Below, one piece after another: positions 1 through 8,839 of a DNA stretch of 64,000 nucleotides (the stretch's first letter is position 1; each line of letters opens with the position of its first letter). The notes under the pieces were generated by a model, which made no database searches, was not told the origin of the DNA, and saw only the letters and a program-made list of their open reading frames with translations. The position numbers and the translations under genes are program-made. Origin of the DNA: a virus; IMG/VR virus record IMGVR_UViG_3300045988_161200. One strand, written 5' to 3'.

Positions 1-168
1 ACTTGAATTTTTGCTTTTCATATTATTATTTACTTCTATTTCGTTTAAAGCAGAAGTTAAAGAATAAAAACCGATTGCCTGAACGATAATACTTAAAGCC
101 ATAAAACCTGTCAGGGTGGACGTACCCTTTGTTTTTCTCTCATTATACATTATTCACGTTTCCTTTCA

Positions 169-390
169 TTAATCACTTTCTATGTAATCTTCTAATTTAA
201 TTTTAGGCACTGTTGAAATAAGACAATCTTGGCAAATTTGTTCTCCATCATATTCAAACAGCTCTTCTGTCTCATCTTCACACTCATCACAATAAAAATG
301 AGGAACATTTCTGTTTCTGCAAGTGCTTCCTCGACAATGTAATGCGCAATCGCAACAATCGTTTTCAAATTTTATCATTCGTTTCATCAC
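169..390 (-). CDS. small Cys-rich zinc-ribbon-like protein
   Basis: 73-aa ORF with several CxxC pairs. GGAGG RBS and a sigma70-like promoter lie just upstream. Confidence 0.5.
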   Translation of the reverse strand: MMKRMIKFENDCCDCALHCRGSTCRNRNVPHFYCDECEDETEELFEYDGEQICQDCLISTVPKIKLEDYIESD

Positions 391-411
391 CTCCTTAATT
401 ATGATACTATT

Positions 412-439
412 ATTATACCACTTTGAGAAATTCTGTCAA
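412..439 (-). promoter_or_regulatory. sigma70/sigmaA-type promoter
   Basis: On the minus strand: TTGACA (434-439), 16-nt spacer, TATAAT (412-417), upstream of the 169-390 ORF. Confidence 0.6.
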
Positions 440-493
440 GTGATTTTTAATGCGTTTTTTATTATTTACTTATAATTTAACAAAAGAAAAATT

Positions 494-1273
494 TTATCTA
501 TCCATATTTTTAATTCTATACTTAGCTACATCAGCCCAAAACCAATTTTCAAATTCTCCCTTACGGTCACAAATACCATTGTCTATACCTATGTAATTCC
601 TATTTTCAAGTTGAGCAGCTTTCAAAATAGAACCTGAACCACAACAAAAATCAACTACCAAATCACCCTCGTTTGTATATGTACGAATTGCATACCTGCA
701 AAGTTCAATAGTTTTCTGTGTAGGATGTAGAGAACATTTTTGTTTGTCGGTGGCAAATTTCCAAATGCTTGTTGGATAACGCTCTGTACTATCATAAGTA
801 GTTAAGCCAAAGTCTCCATAGTTAGAAGTTTGAATACAATTTATTTTACTTTCAGCTTTACTCACTTTACGTTTATGCCCTGTTGTTTTCTGCGGATTAT
901 AAGTAGGTAGCTTATTGTAGAAAACCATTATATCTTCATGTGTTCTCAAAGGTATTTTCTTTGCATTGAGATGACCCGTAGGTGTAGTTTTCTCCCAAAT
1001 GATATTATATTTGTGCATTTTCTCATTAGACAACATCATCTTAGCTGTAAATTTGTCTTGTCCGAAGAATAGGACTATACCGTTGTCTTTTAGTGTTCTT
1101 TCTATCTGCCTCCACATTGGTTCAGGTGGAATAATATTATCCCACTTGTTTTTTGCAGTCACTCCGTATGGTAAGTCAACAAAGTACATATTAACAGATT
1201 CATCAGGGATCTGTTTAAGTCCCTCGATACAGTCCATATTATAGACATTATTTATCTCAAGCGTTTTTATCAA
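494..1273 (-). CDS. DNA methyltransferase (N6-adenine/N4-cytosine, beta-class order)
   Basis: N-terminal DLPYG (motif IV) and C-terminal FCCGSGS (motif I). Paralog of the 63104-63853 gene. Confidence 0.85.
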   Translation of the reverse strand: MIKTLEINNVYNMDCIEGLKQIPDESVNMYFVDLPYGVTAKNKWDNIIPPEPMWRQIERTLKDNGIVLFFGQDKFTAKMMLSNEKMHKYNIIWEKTTPTGHLNAKKIPLRTHEDIMVFYNKLPTYNPQKTTGHKRKVSKAESKINCIQTSNYGDFGLTTYDSTERYPTSIWKFATDKQKCSLHPTQKTIELCRYAIRTYTNEGDLVVDFCCGSGSILKAAQLENRNYIGIDNGICDRKGEFENWFWADVAKYRIKNMDR

Positions 1274-1316
1274 CTCCTTTTATACAATAAAAGTGGATTT
1301 TTATTGCACAATTTCA

Positions 1317-1742
1317 TTAAAACATTTCACCTTTATAATTAAATATTGGCATAGTAATAAAATCGTAAGTTTTCAATTCATCTAATTCATTAAGGTTTGT
1401 CCAACATCCCTCATGAATCATCAAATTAGAATTATTGCCGAGATGAACAACTACGCAGGGAATGCCTTTTGCATAAGCATACCCACATTCCCACGCTGTT
1501 CCAGAGTCGGAATAACCACCGTGATAAAGCATTACCATTACATCAGATTTATCAATCTCGATACTGTCCATTTCAAATATTGATTTTGACCATTCTTTTG
1601 TACCTACTTCAAAGGTTCGATTTTCATGTTCTCTGGGTGAAAATACATCAAAACCTCTTTCTCTTAAAATTTGTTCTGCTGTAGTGACAGCGTTAATTTC
1701 ATTCTTGTTGAAAAATGGAGAAGCTAAATAAATTTTCATCAT
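1317..1742 (-). CDS. nucleoside 2-deoxyribosyltransferase-family protein
   Basis: MKIYLASPFFN start and TAWECGYAYAKGIPCV (catalytic Glu context) are typical of the NDT/Rcl family. Confidence 0.75.
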   Translation of the reverse strand: MMKIYLASPFFNKNEINAVTTAEQILRERGFDVFSPREHENRTFEVGTKEWSKSIFEMDSIEIDKSDVMVMLYHGGYSDSGTAWECGYAYAKGIPCVVVHLGNNSNLMIHEGCWTNLNELDELKTYDFITMPIFNYKGEMF

Positions 1743-1753
1743 TAATCATCCTT

Positions 1754-2116
1754 TCAGTTATCGCCTGTTATAGCAATTACTTTCTTCCAATAAGGTTTAT
1801 ACTTACTTAACTCCTTGGTTACCAAAGCATTAAATTCTTCGTCAGATAGATTGTCGTATTCTTCACAGTCTGCTAAGTAATCTGATAGAGCATTTTCAAA
1901 ATCATCTCTATCGTTATATAAATAGTCATCGCCAAACGGTAATGCACAATCAAGAATTTCATCAATACAGAAATGAATATCTGAGCAGTATGTATATCCA
2001 TAATCGTCTGAAACTGCATCATGTCCTACAAGAACCACAATGGGCAGGTCTGGATTTTCTGCGATAAGTTGTTTTAATTCGTCTGAACTTTTTGATAAAT
2101 TTAAGGGGTGTATCAT
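1754..2116 (-). CDS. hypothetical acidic protein
   Basis: 120-aa ORF tightly packed in the operon. No recognisable motif. Confidence 0.5.
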   Translation of the reverse strand: MIHPLNLSKSSDELKQLIAENPDLPIVVLVGHDAVSDDYGYTYCSDIHFCIDEILDCALPFGDDYLYNDRDDFENALSDYLADCEEYDNLSDEEFNALVTKELSKYKPYWKKVIAITGDN

Positions 2117-2128
2117 TTTATATTCTCC

Positions 2129-3205
2129 TTATACATTTTTTGTCCTCCATATATCACTTATCTCCTGATTATACTCAAAATCACTATTTACTGAATACCC
2201 TGTCAACCATTTTATAAGCCTATAATCAGATATTCTTAAGGATACATCTGTTTCTATTACAATACCCTCTATTCGCTTACAATTCTCACTCGGATAATTA
2301 CATTTTCCTGTCTTATACAACATACATTCATACTGCGCTTCATACTTCATTCTATACTCAAAAGGTAACTCTACCTCTCTATACATATGCTTCGCTTTAC
2401 GGCATTTCTCATTCATAAGGCATTTATTGCACTCTACCTCGTCTGGTCTGTAATAATGACAGTTATAATCCCTATCCTTATTATGTACATAAGATAGCAT
2501 ACATGATGTTTTATGAAATAATATTACAGAATTTTTATTCGCTTCTTCTCTTATTATCCTTTCTACTTCCTCTGATATAGGCTTCTTATGCCCAAATTCA
2601 TACCCCTCATATGGCTTTAAGTCTATATTATTTTCTTTCCAATACTCTACTACCTCTGGCTTACCCTGTAATCCACTATAACTTACACACATATTATACT
2701 TCTTTGCTATCTCCATTACCTTTGCTATTGTTTCTCTGTCATCATTTATTCCACAGCATATAGGTCTGAACTCAATAGAATATTTATAATTATACTTTCG
2801 ATTCTTGGTTTGTTCCAAATTACTTATAAATCTTTCCCAACTACCACCATCATATTTGTAATTCTTACCAAACGTTGAAAATGCTATATGCAAATCTAAA
2901 TTAAATGGTATATCAGGAAATTTTGAAAAATCACCTTTTGTTATTATTACTACTATACCCTTATGTCCTGCTTCTTCTAATCTATGTAAATATTCTACTG
3001 TCTTATCTACCTGTAATAAAGGGTCGCCATATGTGAGATTTATTGCTACTGGTATATTCTTAAATATAGGATTTATGTCGGTTGGTAATATGTCATACTC
3101 TACCTGCTTACAACCACCCTCTATTGCTCTACAATAACTACAATTAAAACAAGTCTTTAATGTTCTACCTAATGTATAAAATGATTTCTCAATATTTGTA
3201 CACAT
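2129..3205 (-). CDS. Cys-rich putative Fe-S enzyme (radical-SAM-like, non-canonical)
   Basis: N-terminal CFNCSYC cluster, a GDPLL motif and many additional Cys. The spacing is CX2CX2C, not the canonical CX3CX2C. Confidence 0.4.
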   Translation of the reverse strand: MCTNIEKSFYTLGRTLKTCFNCSYCRAIEGGCKQVEYDILPTDINPIFKNIPVAINLTYGDPLLQVDKTVEYLHRLEEAGHKGIVVIITKGDFSKFPDIPFNLDLHIAFSTFGKNYKYDGGSWERFISNLEQTKNRKYNYKYSIEFRPICCGINDDRETIAKVMEIAKKYNMCVSYSGLQGKPEVVEYWKENNIDLKPYEGYEFGHKKPISEEVERIIREEANKNSVILFHKTSCMLSYVHNKDRDYNCHYYRPDEVECNKCLMNEKCRKAKHMYREVELPFEYRMKYEAQYECMLYKTGKCNYPSENCKRIEGIVIETDVSLRISDYRLIKWLTGYSVNSDFEYNQEISDIWRTKNV

Positions 3206-3206
3206 T

Positions 3207-3961
3207 TTACTTCCTTCCCAATTTGTCCTGTGCTTCTTCTATTCTTTCTTTAGCTATCTCAAAATAATTTTCATCAAGTTCAATACCAATAAATTTACGA
3301 TTAAGTTGTTTGGCTGCAACTCCACAAGCGCCAACACCCATAAATGGGTCAATAACGGTATCGTTCTCATTTGATGAATTTTCAATCAAAATTTTGCACA
3401 AATCAACAGGCTTTTCGGTATCGTGAATATTTTTACCATTTTCGTCTTTAGTCTTTTTATTTGCAACAGATAATATATCTGATGTGCCACAATTATTTAT
3501 TTTTACTCCTGCGCCTTTGCGAAGAAACAATATGTATTCAAACTGGTTCATATAAAATTGACCCATTATTTTATTTCCCTTATCCCATATCAAGGACTTA
3601 ATGAAATGGAAACCACCACCTGTTTCTTCATCACTCCATTCATCAATGACTTTAAGAAAATGTGTAAGATTCTTATGATTGGTCATTATGTAGCAATGTC
3701 CTGTTTCTTTAAGTATCTTATAAAATTTTGGTAGATAATCCTCTATCTCGATATTATTATGTTCAAAGACTTGTCCTTTTCGATTTATCTTTTTCTGCAA
3801 CATACCACCTGAATTACCAGCGTTTCCTCTTGCAGTTACCTTGTAAGGGGGGGGTCAGTAAATATCATATCTACCATTTTGTTTTTGCCTATCATACAAT
3901 CTAAAACATCTAATGCGTTTTCATTAAATATGATGCTATTATCGAATTTGTTATAATTCAA
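3207..3961 (-). pseudogene. DNA methyltransferase interrupted inside the DPPY codons by a G8/C8 tract
   Basis: A TTG start at 3961 with a GGAAG RBS gives MNYNKFDNSIIFNENALDVLDCMIGKNKMVDMIFTDPP, then a stop. With 9 or 6 C instead of 8 it reads DPPYKVTARGNAGNSGGMLQKK in frame with the 198-aa ORF, which carries DPFMGVGACG. Confidence 0.75.
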
Positions 3962-4009
3962 ATTTTAACACTTCCTTTCAATTTACAATAAAACGAGTCA
4001 TTTATATTA

Positions 4010-4624
4010 TTACTTTATTACATCTCTTATATCTTGACCATCAATTTCATTACCGATGCTATCCCATCCTTTACAAGTAGTTCTTGCAAATAATTCTACC
4101 CTCGGAACATCACCGCAAAGCTCAACTATTTTGTCTCGAATATGTTCAGGCTTTTTGCTATGAGACATTACCCTGTCTTCTACTAACTGTGTCATAAATA
4201 TATTCCATTCATCATCTGTCATTTCTTCACGGACGATCTGATGAACACTCCTTGATAATCTATGAGGTTTACCCTTTGTGCCAAGTAAACATATTTCAGA
4301 ATTAGCTCTCGTCCAATAACCACATCCCCAAAAATCAGTATCAGATTTTTTGTTTTTCTTTACCCAATTAAAAGCACAAGTTTTATATGTAAAGCCCCAA
4401 CGTTCTATTGTTTCTATACCTTCTTTAAGAAGCGGAAATGTGACCCAAAGGAACAAAATGCAATCATCTGCTGTAATATTTTGTACAGGTAAGTTGTAAA
4501 TATCATTTATCTTCATTGTAGGATAATGATTTTCAGCCGATTTCTTTTCTTTACCCTTTTCAGAGTAAGTTTTAAAAAGCCACGGAGGGTCGGCATAAAC
4601 TATATTATATTTTCTTGTTATCAT
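4010..4624 (-). CDS. MT-A70-family N6-adenine DNA methyltransferase
   Basis: YADPPWLF motif followed by NHYPTM, typical of MT-A70-like phage methyltransferases. Confidence 0.8.
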   Translation of the reverse strand: MITRKYNIVYADPPWLFKTYSEKGKEKKSAENHYPTMKINDIYNLPVQNITADDCILFLWVTFPLLKEGIETIERWGFTYKTCAFNWVKKNKKSDTDFWGCGYWTRANSEICLLGTKGKPHRLSRSVHQIVREEMTDDEWNIFMTQLVEDRVMSHSKKPEHIRDKIVELCGDVPRVELFARTTCKGWDSIGNEIDGQDIRDVIK

Positions 4625-4714
4625 TTTTACTTCCTTTCATCAAATACTGTTTTCATTGTATAATTTTGACTACATATAGTAATATTTTGAGTATAAAGTA
4701 CCATATATAGTATC

Positions 4715-4891
4715 TTAAATTTCGTTAACCACTTCAAATTGAACTGAGCCATCAACATAATCATCTGCTTCAAGAACAATATCACTATCGTAATACTTAT
4801 CCTTTACCTTTTGAATTGCCTCCTCTGAAGTTTCAGCTTCAATTTCAAGTCTACTTGTAAGTAACTCTGATACCTGTATTATATATTTCAT
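4715..4891 (-). CDS. small acidic protein (DpnD/PcfM-like pattern)
   Basis: 58-aa ORF below the track cutoff: MKYIIQVSELLTSRLEIEAETSEEAIQKVKDKYYDSDIVLEADDYVDGSVQFEVVNEI. Confidence 0.4.
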   Translation of the reverse strand: MKYIIQVSELLTSRLEIEAETSEEAIQKVKDKYYDSDIVLEADDYVDGSVQFEVVNEI

Positions 4892-4906
4892 TTTTATCCT
4901 TTTATA

Positions 4907-5560
4907 TTATGTATTTATCCACCCGATAACAGGTGCGTTATTATAATTGCCTACTTCCCAGACAAACCAAGCGTAGCACTTTGCAGATGACATTCTTTTT
5001 TCTGTTCCATCTTTATTGTAAAGAGTATTACCGTCTTTATCTTTTGCACTGAAATCACCGTTCATTCCACAAAGTAGTCTGTTAGCAGCTACCCACACTC
5101 TTACAGGTGGTCTTGTCTTAAAAAGTCTTATTCTTTTATCACTTTCAAGGAATTGTATCGGAAGAAATAGTGCAAGTTTCTTACCGCTTTCAAGCAAGTC
5201 AAGCGAATGTTCCGTCCACTCTAATGCTGTTGAATAGGGTGGATTAGTAACTATATTGTCAGCAAGAGATTTATTGCATTTGAAGAAATCAACATCACCT
5301 TCTCCATAACCTCTATCAACTAAGTCCGTGCTTACAACATCATAGCCAGCTTTAATCATAGACTCTGACAAATGACCCTCACCACAACAATTTTCCCAGA
5401 TAGAGCCATTAAATTTTTCTACTTTCATCAGTTCTTCAATGGCTTTAGGCTCAGTAGCATAATAATCGTGTTCAGCTCTATCGTGGTTGGTGTGATTACT
5501 TGCACCGAGCGTAACGAATGTTGTTTTCTTATTGCCTGTCCAATCTTTATTATCACTCAA
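4907..5560 (-). CDS. N6-adenine DNA methyltransferase (NPPY type)
   Basis: ENCCGEGHLS (motif I-like) followed by IVTNPPYS (motif IV). Confidence 0.75.
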   Translation of the reverse strand: MSDNKDWTGNKKTTFVTLGASNHTNHDRAEHDYYATEPKAIEELMKVEKFNGSIWENCCGEGHLSESMIKAGYDVVSTDLVDRGYGEGDVDFFKCNKSLADNIVTNPPYSTALEWTEHSLDLLESGKKLALFLPIQFLESDKRIRLFKTRPPVRVWVAANRLLCGMNGDFSAKDKDGNTLYNKDGTEKRMSSAKCYAWFVWEVGNYNNAPVIGWINT

Positions 5561-5579
5561 ATTTTAACATCTCCTTACT

Positions 5580-6443
5580 TTAATAGTTTGTTATCAGCAC
5601 TTCTATATCTTTGGTTTCTCGGTCTTTCTTGTGATAATTACAATTTAGATAGTCTCCAGATAAATAGTGAATATTATATTTATCTTTCCAAGCATCTAAA
5701 AATTCATTATTATATTTTAAGTTATTTGATAAAGCCCACCTTGCTCCCTGTTCGTCCAATCTATCCAGTAATTCGTAAAGTTTCTTTTCGTGTTCAGCAG
5801 TCCAACCCTCGAAGCCACGTTTCCCATCATTGTAATTACCAACAGAATTAAAATAAGGTGGGTCAAAATATATCAGATCGTTCTCGTTAAAGTCTGAAAA
5901 ATCAAAATTGAAAGCGTTTTTAGACGATACTATTATAGGGTCTTTATTCTCAAATCTCTGTTTTAAAGCAAGTAAGTCCTGTCTTTGCCTGTCAGAAAAA
6001 TAACTGCGATTTTTACCGAAACTACTATTATATTCGTGCTTGTTATTAAAACGGAACTGATGATTAAATGAATGGCACATCAAAGTATATAGTGTAATCC
6101 AATCTTTTCTGCCATTATTATAACTATCATGAAGTCTTTCAAAGCCTTCCTTATTTATCATACTCAAATCGTATTCTGAAATAATGTTTTCAATCTGCTT
6201 GATTATTTCATTATAAGACGTTGAGAACAATCCCGACACAATACTTGAAACATAAGGATTTATGTCGTTATATATGTAATAGTCTGCTTCTGTATTCATT
6301 AAAACCGTTCCTGAACCGCCGAAAGCATCTACAAACATTGAAATCTTTTTAGGAAACAAAGGTATAAGCTGCTTGATTAGACGATATTTATTACCTACAT
6401 AATTTATAGGTGATTTTATGTATTCCTGATTTATTTTTAACAT
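5580..6443 (-). CDS. Dam-like D12-class N6-adenine DNA methyltransferase
   Basis: YVGNKYRLIKQLIPLFP, FGGSGTV and FDPPYF motifs. Confidence 0.85.
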   Translation of the reverse strand: MLKINQEYIKSPINYVGNKYRLIKQLIPLFPKKISMFVDAFGGSGTVLMNTEADYYIYNDINPYVSSIVSGLFSTSYNEIIKQIENIISEYDLSMINKEGFERLHDSYNNGRKDWITLYTLMCHSFNHQFRFNNKHEYNSSFGKNRSYFSDRQRQDLLALKQRFENKDPIIVSSKNAFNFDFSDFNENDLIYFDPPYFNSVGNYNDGKRGFEGWTAEHEKKLYELLDRLDEQGARWALSNNLKYNNEFLDAWKDKYNIHYLSGDYLNCNYHKKDRETKDIEVLITNY

Positions 6444-6480
6444 CTCCTTCTGCCAATAAAATTTTTGTTTTATAAAGTTT

Positions 6481-6843
6481 TTAATTATTTAATATTTTTG
6501 CCACTTCAACAAGAATATCAAAAATAGCTTGAGGTAGATATGCAATAAAACGATACTCTAAATCGTTAATATCTTTCGAGTAATCTAAAATAATACCATT
6601 TATATCCCCATTATTATTAAAGACACACTTAAAATAATCTGAATAATTATATATAGTGTTAATTACTTGAACTTTTGAATTTAGAAAAATGACATCTATT
6701 CCTTGACTATTAGCCATATGTTGTGCGCAAATACCACATCTGCCTAAATTATTTAAAGACACATAGGATTTACCTCTTTTGATTTGTTCTGCTAATATTG
6801 TAGCAATAATATATTCTGTTCCTACAAAATTGGTCATTTTCAA
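6481..6843 (-). CDS. hypothetical protein
   Basis: 120-aa ORF in the operon. No confident motif. Confidence 0.5.
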   Translation of the reverse strand: MKMTNFVGTEYIIATILAEQIKRGKSYVSLNNLGRCGICAQHMANSQGIDVIFLNSKVQVINTIYNYSDYFKCVFNNNGDINGIILDYSKDINDLEYRFIAYLPQAIFDILVEVAKILNN

Positions 6844-6931
6844 TTAACCTCGTTAATATTATCATTTTTTGTACTTTTAGCTAAAAGTATCTTAGCAAGA
6901 GTTTTTACATTAGAAACAGACATATCATTCA

Positions 6932-7177
6932 TTATTGCTCCTGCAAAATAAAGATTAAATAAAAAATATAGTCTATTTCGTCATTGGACACCTGAAATTT
7001 CTCATATTTCATAACCAAATCATTGAACTTATGTATTGCTTCATCAATATGGTTGAGACGAATTATCTTACTGACAAATTCTTTGCAAGGCTCTTCACCT
7101 TCTAAATCTCCGCCATAATGTTCAATTTTATAGCACACATCTTTATGTATGCAATTATTACAAATCATTCTTATCAC
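6932..7177 (-). CDS. hypothetical protein
   Basis: 81-aa ORF in the operon. Confidence 0.45.
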   Translation of the reverse strand: MIRMICNNCIHKDVCYKIEHYGGDLEGEEPCKEFVSKIIRLNHIDEAIHKFNDLVMKYEKFQVSNDEIDYIFYLIFILQEQ

Positions 7178-7178
7178 C

Positions 7179-7622
7179 TCACTTCACGCAGACCAGTATT
7201 TCAACATCGGTATCGGCAAATACTTCTTCGATGATTGTCTTCACTTTATCCCATTGCAGGCGGTCTAATCCACAACCGATTCTTGGCATTGCGAATTTTA
7301 CATTTTCATCACTCGTTATTCCCTCACAACGCAAAATTTTAGCATCTTCAAGAGCCATTCTCATCGTTTTATAGGTAGGCTTTTGCCAATACTTTTCTTT
7401 TGTAACGAGACTAAGCTCAACGTCCCAACCTGTTGCGTGAGATACTAAGCAATCCCCTACTTCTACATTTTGATATTTTCTTTGAAGTTGTGCTTTTACT
7501 CCTCGTCTTGCAAACTCCTTAGCTATTCCTGCACCCATTGCAAGATCTGCGCTGATGCAGTGAACAAGAATGTAATCCGTTGGAACTGTAAATAAGTCTC
7601 GCTGTTCTTCTCTGATTATCAT
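7179..7622 (-). CDS. TARG1/OARD1-type macrodomain protein (ADP-ribose hydrolase)
   Basis: LVHCISADLAMGAGIAKEF and MPRIGCGLDRLQWDKVKTIIEEVFADTDVEILV closely follow the OARD1/TARG1 pattern, including the GCGLDRLQW segment. Confidence 0.85.
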   Translation of the reverse strand: MIIREEQRDLFTVPTDYILVHCISADLAMGAGIAKEFARRGVKAQLQRKYQNVEVGDCLVSHATGWDVELSLVTKEKYWQKPTYKTMRMALEDAKILRCEGITSDENVKFAMPRIGCGLDRLQWDKVKTIIEEVFADTDVEILVCVK

Positions 7623-7747
7623 TTATGTGTTATCTCCTTTCCAGTTTCCGTTAGGACACTTTAATTTAAATTTTAATTGTATTTTAATATACATTTTCCA
7701 ATATCTGTGTTATAATTAAATCATTGACAAATGAAAGGAAGATTGTA

Positions 7748-8335
7748 ATGTCAACCGAAGCAGAAAAAGATATTAAAAAAATTAAAAGCAAACTAAAATC
7801 TTACATACCTAAAAATAAGAGCGATATGTTTCGATTAAGCTTATCTCTCTTTATAGTAGGAATGTTTTTTGGGATAATAGAAATATTGACAAAAGTAGAT
7901 TCATTTGCTATAACCATTATTACGTCTATTTGTATGATATCTGCGATATTTTGTTTTCCATACGCTGACAAAACCAAAATTATGGACGGAATAGCAAATT
8001 TTTTATCTTATATGGGTTATACCTTTATTACTGCGCTCGCAACAATTTATTGGCTTGCTGATTTATCAAACGAAGAAATCACTATTTGGCTTTCCATCGT
8101 GACATCTATACTATTAGTTATCTTCTTCTACATAACGTTTTCTCCTTTATTTAAAGTAATTTCTATGATTGTCAATACAATTAAAACAAATGCTGCCAAA
8201 AATCACAATGGTAGCATTATCACTATGTTTAAGTGTTTTTTCACTGGTGCTGGTATAGTGACAGCCTTTTTAATTGCTTTACTTACTATCGCCAAAACTG
8301 CTCTTGAAATTTTTGAAATGATTCCAAAATCTTAA
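7748..8335 (+). CDS. multi-pass membrane protein
   Basis: ATG at 7748 preceded by a GAAAGGAAG RBS. Hydrophobic segments run throughout. This is the only plus-strand gene inside the minus-strand block. Confidence 0.6.
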   Translation: MSTEAEKDIKKIKSKLKSYIPKNKSDMFRLSLSLFIVGMFFGIIEILTKVDSFAITIITSICMISAIFCFPYADKTKIMDGIANFLSYMGYTFITALATIYWLADLSNEEITIWLSIVTSILLVIFFYITFSPLFKVISMIVNTIKTNAAKNHNGSIITMFKCFFTGAGIVTAFLIALLTIAKTALEIFEMIPKS

Positions 8336-8475
8336 TATAATTTTCAACTTTACAATAAAACTGTGATTTAGTTATTCTTTTTATCAAGGCAATCTTTAAG
8401 TTCATTCATCGCTTCTTTGCCATAGGAAATGTTACGATCAAATGACTCTTCTGGAAATACACCTATCTTTTTGTA

Positions 8476-8817
8476 TTAAACAATTTTTCGCAACTGCTCT
8501 GGTAAGCTCAACAAAGCGTCATTAGCTTCTCTGTTCAACTCTTTTGAGTGCTTCAATAAGCGATCAGCTTCACAGCGTTTATTTCTTATGTTGCGAATTA
8601 TATCGGCAAAGATGAGTATATTTGCATCACGATAGGGTTTTATGGCGGTGCGATAATCACGTTGTTCTGGGCATCCACAACAAATGCTGGAATCAAAACA
8701 ATGCGAACACGGACTGATTGGAATTGTTTGCTTTAACAACTTCAAATCGTCATCGGAAAATGTGTATATGGTTTGTTCTTTCACGTTAATCACCCTTTTC
8801 ATTCCACACATAATCAA
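8476..8817 (-). CDS. hypothetical Cys-rich protein
   Basis: 113-aa ORF containing CSHC and CCGC. Confidence 0.5.
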   Translation of the reverse strand: MIMCGMKRVINVKEQTIYTFSDDDLKLLKQTIPISPCSHCFDSSICCGCPEQRDYRTAIKPYRDANILIFADIIRNIRNKRCEADRLLKHSKELNREANDALLSLPEQLRKIV

Positions 8818-8839
8818 TAAACTTATTAAAATTCATTGA

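Noticed and set aside
999-1244. Plus-strand ORFs lying antisense inside long minus-strand genes. Examples: 999-1244, 5372-5851, 25354-25659, 30713-31225, 31222-31623, 31764-32354, 41095-41646, 49839-50357, 55007-55543.
   Set aside because: They overlap well-supported genes on the opposite strand. Their translations are low-complexity and Leu/Ile/Phe/Ser-rich, and they lack an RBS. These are typical shadow ORFs in AT-rich DNA.
2129-3205. Calling the 358-aa protein a bona fide radical SAM enzyme.
   Set aside because: The canonical CX3CX2C motif is absent and only CX2CX2C is present. The call is kept as a hypothesis with low confidence.
6481-6843. Possible cytidine/dCMP deaminase, because of a CGICAQ segment.
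   Set aside because: The H/CAE zinc-binding motif is not present, so the resemblance is too weak.
8370-8478. In-frame open extensions after the TAA stop of 8476-8817 (35 codons) and after the TGA stop of 51246-51536 (20 codons), considered as readthrough.
   Set aside because: The extensions are short enough to arise by chance, involve different stop codons and have no supporting features. Only the TAG cases that fill intergenic gaps were kept.
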